Shown piece after piece: positions 63,507 to 64,000 of a stretch of 64,000 nt of DNA (the first letter of the stretch is position 1; every line of letters begins with the position of its first letter). The DNA is from Pavona decussata (Eukaryota). The stretch lies in the NCBI GenBank assembly GCA_977016875.1, contig CDRNST010000015.1:3038001-3102000 (forward strand), written 5' to 3'. Both the position numbers and the translations under genes were made by a program. Under the pieces are notes generated by a model. It did not search any database and had not been told where the DNA came from. It was given only the letters and a program-made list of their open reading frames with translations.

Positions 63507-64000
63507 TCACTGCTTTGCCACGTAGCCAACAATTGCTTCGTGGACGCGCAAATTGAAAACCACGTCGTCTTTTTTTCCAAAGTGACTCCTGTGAGCGAGC
63601 AACTGAAGGAGATTGGGAACGAAAGACACGCCAATGGTTTGCGCGATGCCAAAAATGGCCGATACTTCCTTCTCTTTGTGGAAAACATTTTTGATCCACA
63701 TGGCGACCAAAACGTAGAATGTCATCACAAACACTTCAACTATGATGAAAATTATTTGCCTTCTCAGTGGGTCGCATGCCTCGATACAAAAATCGAGGAG
63801 CCTCCTTGACAAGTAAGTTGAGAAATGATCACGGTAAAGCATAACTTTTGAACGTTGTGGATCATTTTTCAAAACTACTCTTACTGTACCATCAAGATCA
63901 ACCTTTCTTTCAAACTTCCACGGAGATTTTGTAGCGCAAATGTTATTCAATTTGACCAGATCGTCCGAATTTTCAAGCATTTTAACGATTTGATCTCGGA
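63507..64000 (-). CDS. C-terminal part of an uncharacterised membrane protein; continues beyond the right edge
   Basis: ORF open to the window edge with two hydrophobic stretches (IIFIIVEVFVMTFYVLVAMWI; AIFGIAQTIGVSFVPNLLQLLA). Confidence 0.6.
   Translation of the reverse strand, partial: RDQIVKMLENSDDLVKLNNICATKSPWKFERKVDLDGTVRVVLKNDPQRSKVMLYRDHFSTYLSRRLLDFCIEACDPLRRQIIFIIVEVFVMTFYVLVAMWIKNVFHKEKEVSAIFGIAQTIGVSFVPNLLQLLAHRSHFGKKDDVVFNLRVHEAIVGYVAKQ

Overview
AT-rich eukaryotic genomic DNA with introns. The repeat families resemble those of scleractinian corals, possibly Porites (inference from recalled repeat motifs only). There are three N-gaps. Genes from left to right: (1) the 5' part of POMT2 (protein O-mannosyltransferase 2) on the minus strand, running off the left edge; (2) a two-exon CCDC32 (-) head-to-head with a two-exon METTL5 (+), with 136 bp between the ATGs; (3) an orphan 345-400 aa ORF (-); (4) three paralogous single-coding-exon type II membrane proteins with a Tyr-motif cytoplasmic tail, TM helix, coiled coil, short collagen and Cys-rich C-terminal domain; (5) the 3' end of an uncharacterised membrane protein at the right edge. 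The main finding is a modular POMT2 5' end. Two alternative first coding exons each encode a different cytosolic tail plus TM1. They are followed by two tandem 85-nt copies of the exon carrying the catalytic WDE motif, separated by only 37 nt and differing by 10 synonymous versus 2 amino-acid changes. This fits sterically and frame-enforced mutually exclusive exons under purifying selection, giving up to four isoforms. The rest of the window is dense with non-autonomous DNA transposons (Kolobok, Tc1/mariner, PIF/Harbinger, Crypton-like, Helentron-like), tRNA-derived SINEs, an L1/Tx1 fragment and a degenerate Penelope-type hammerhead motif. All calls come from manual reading; no database searches were run.
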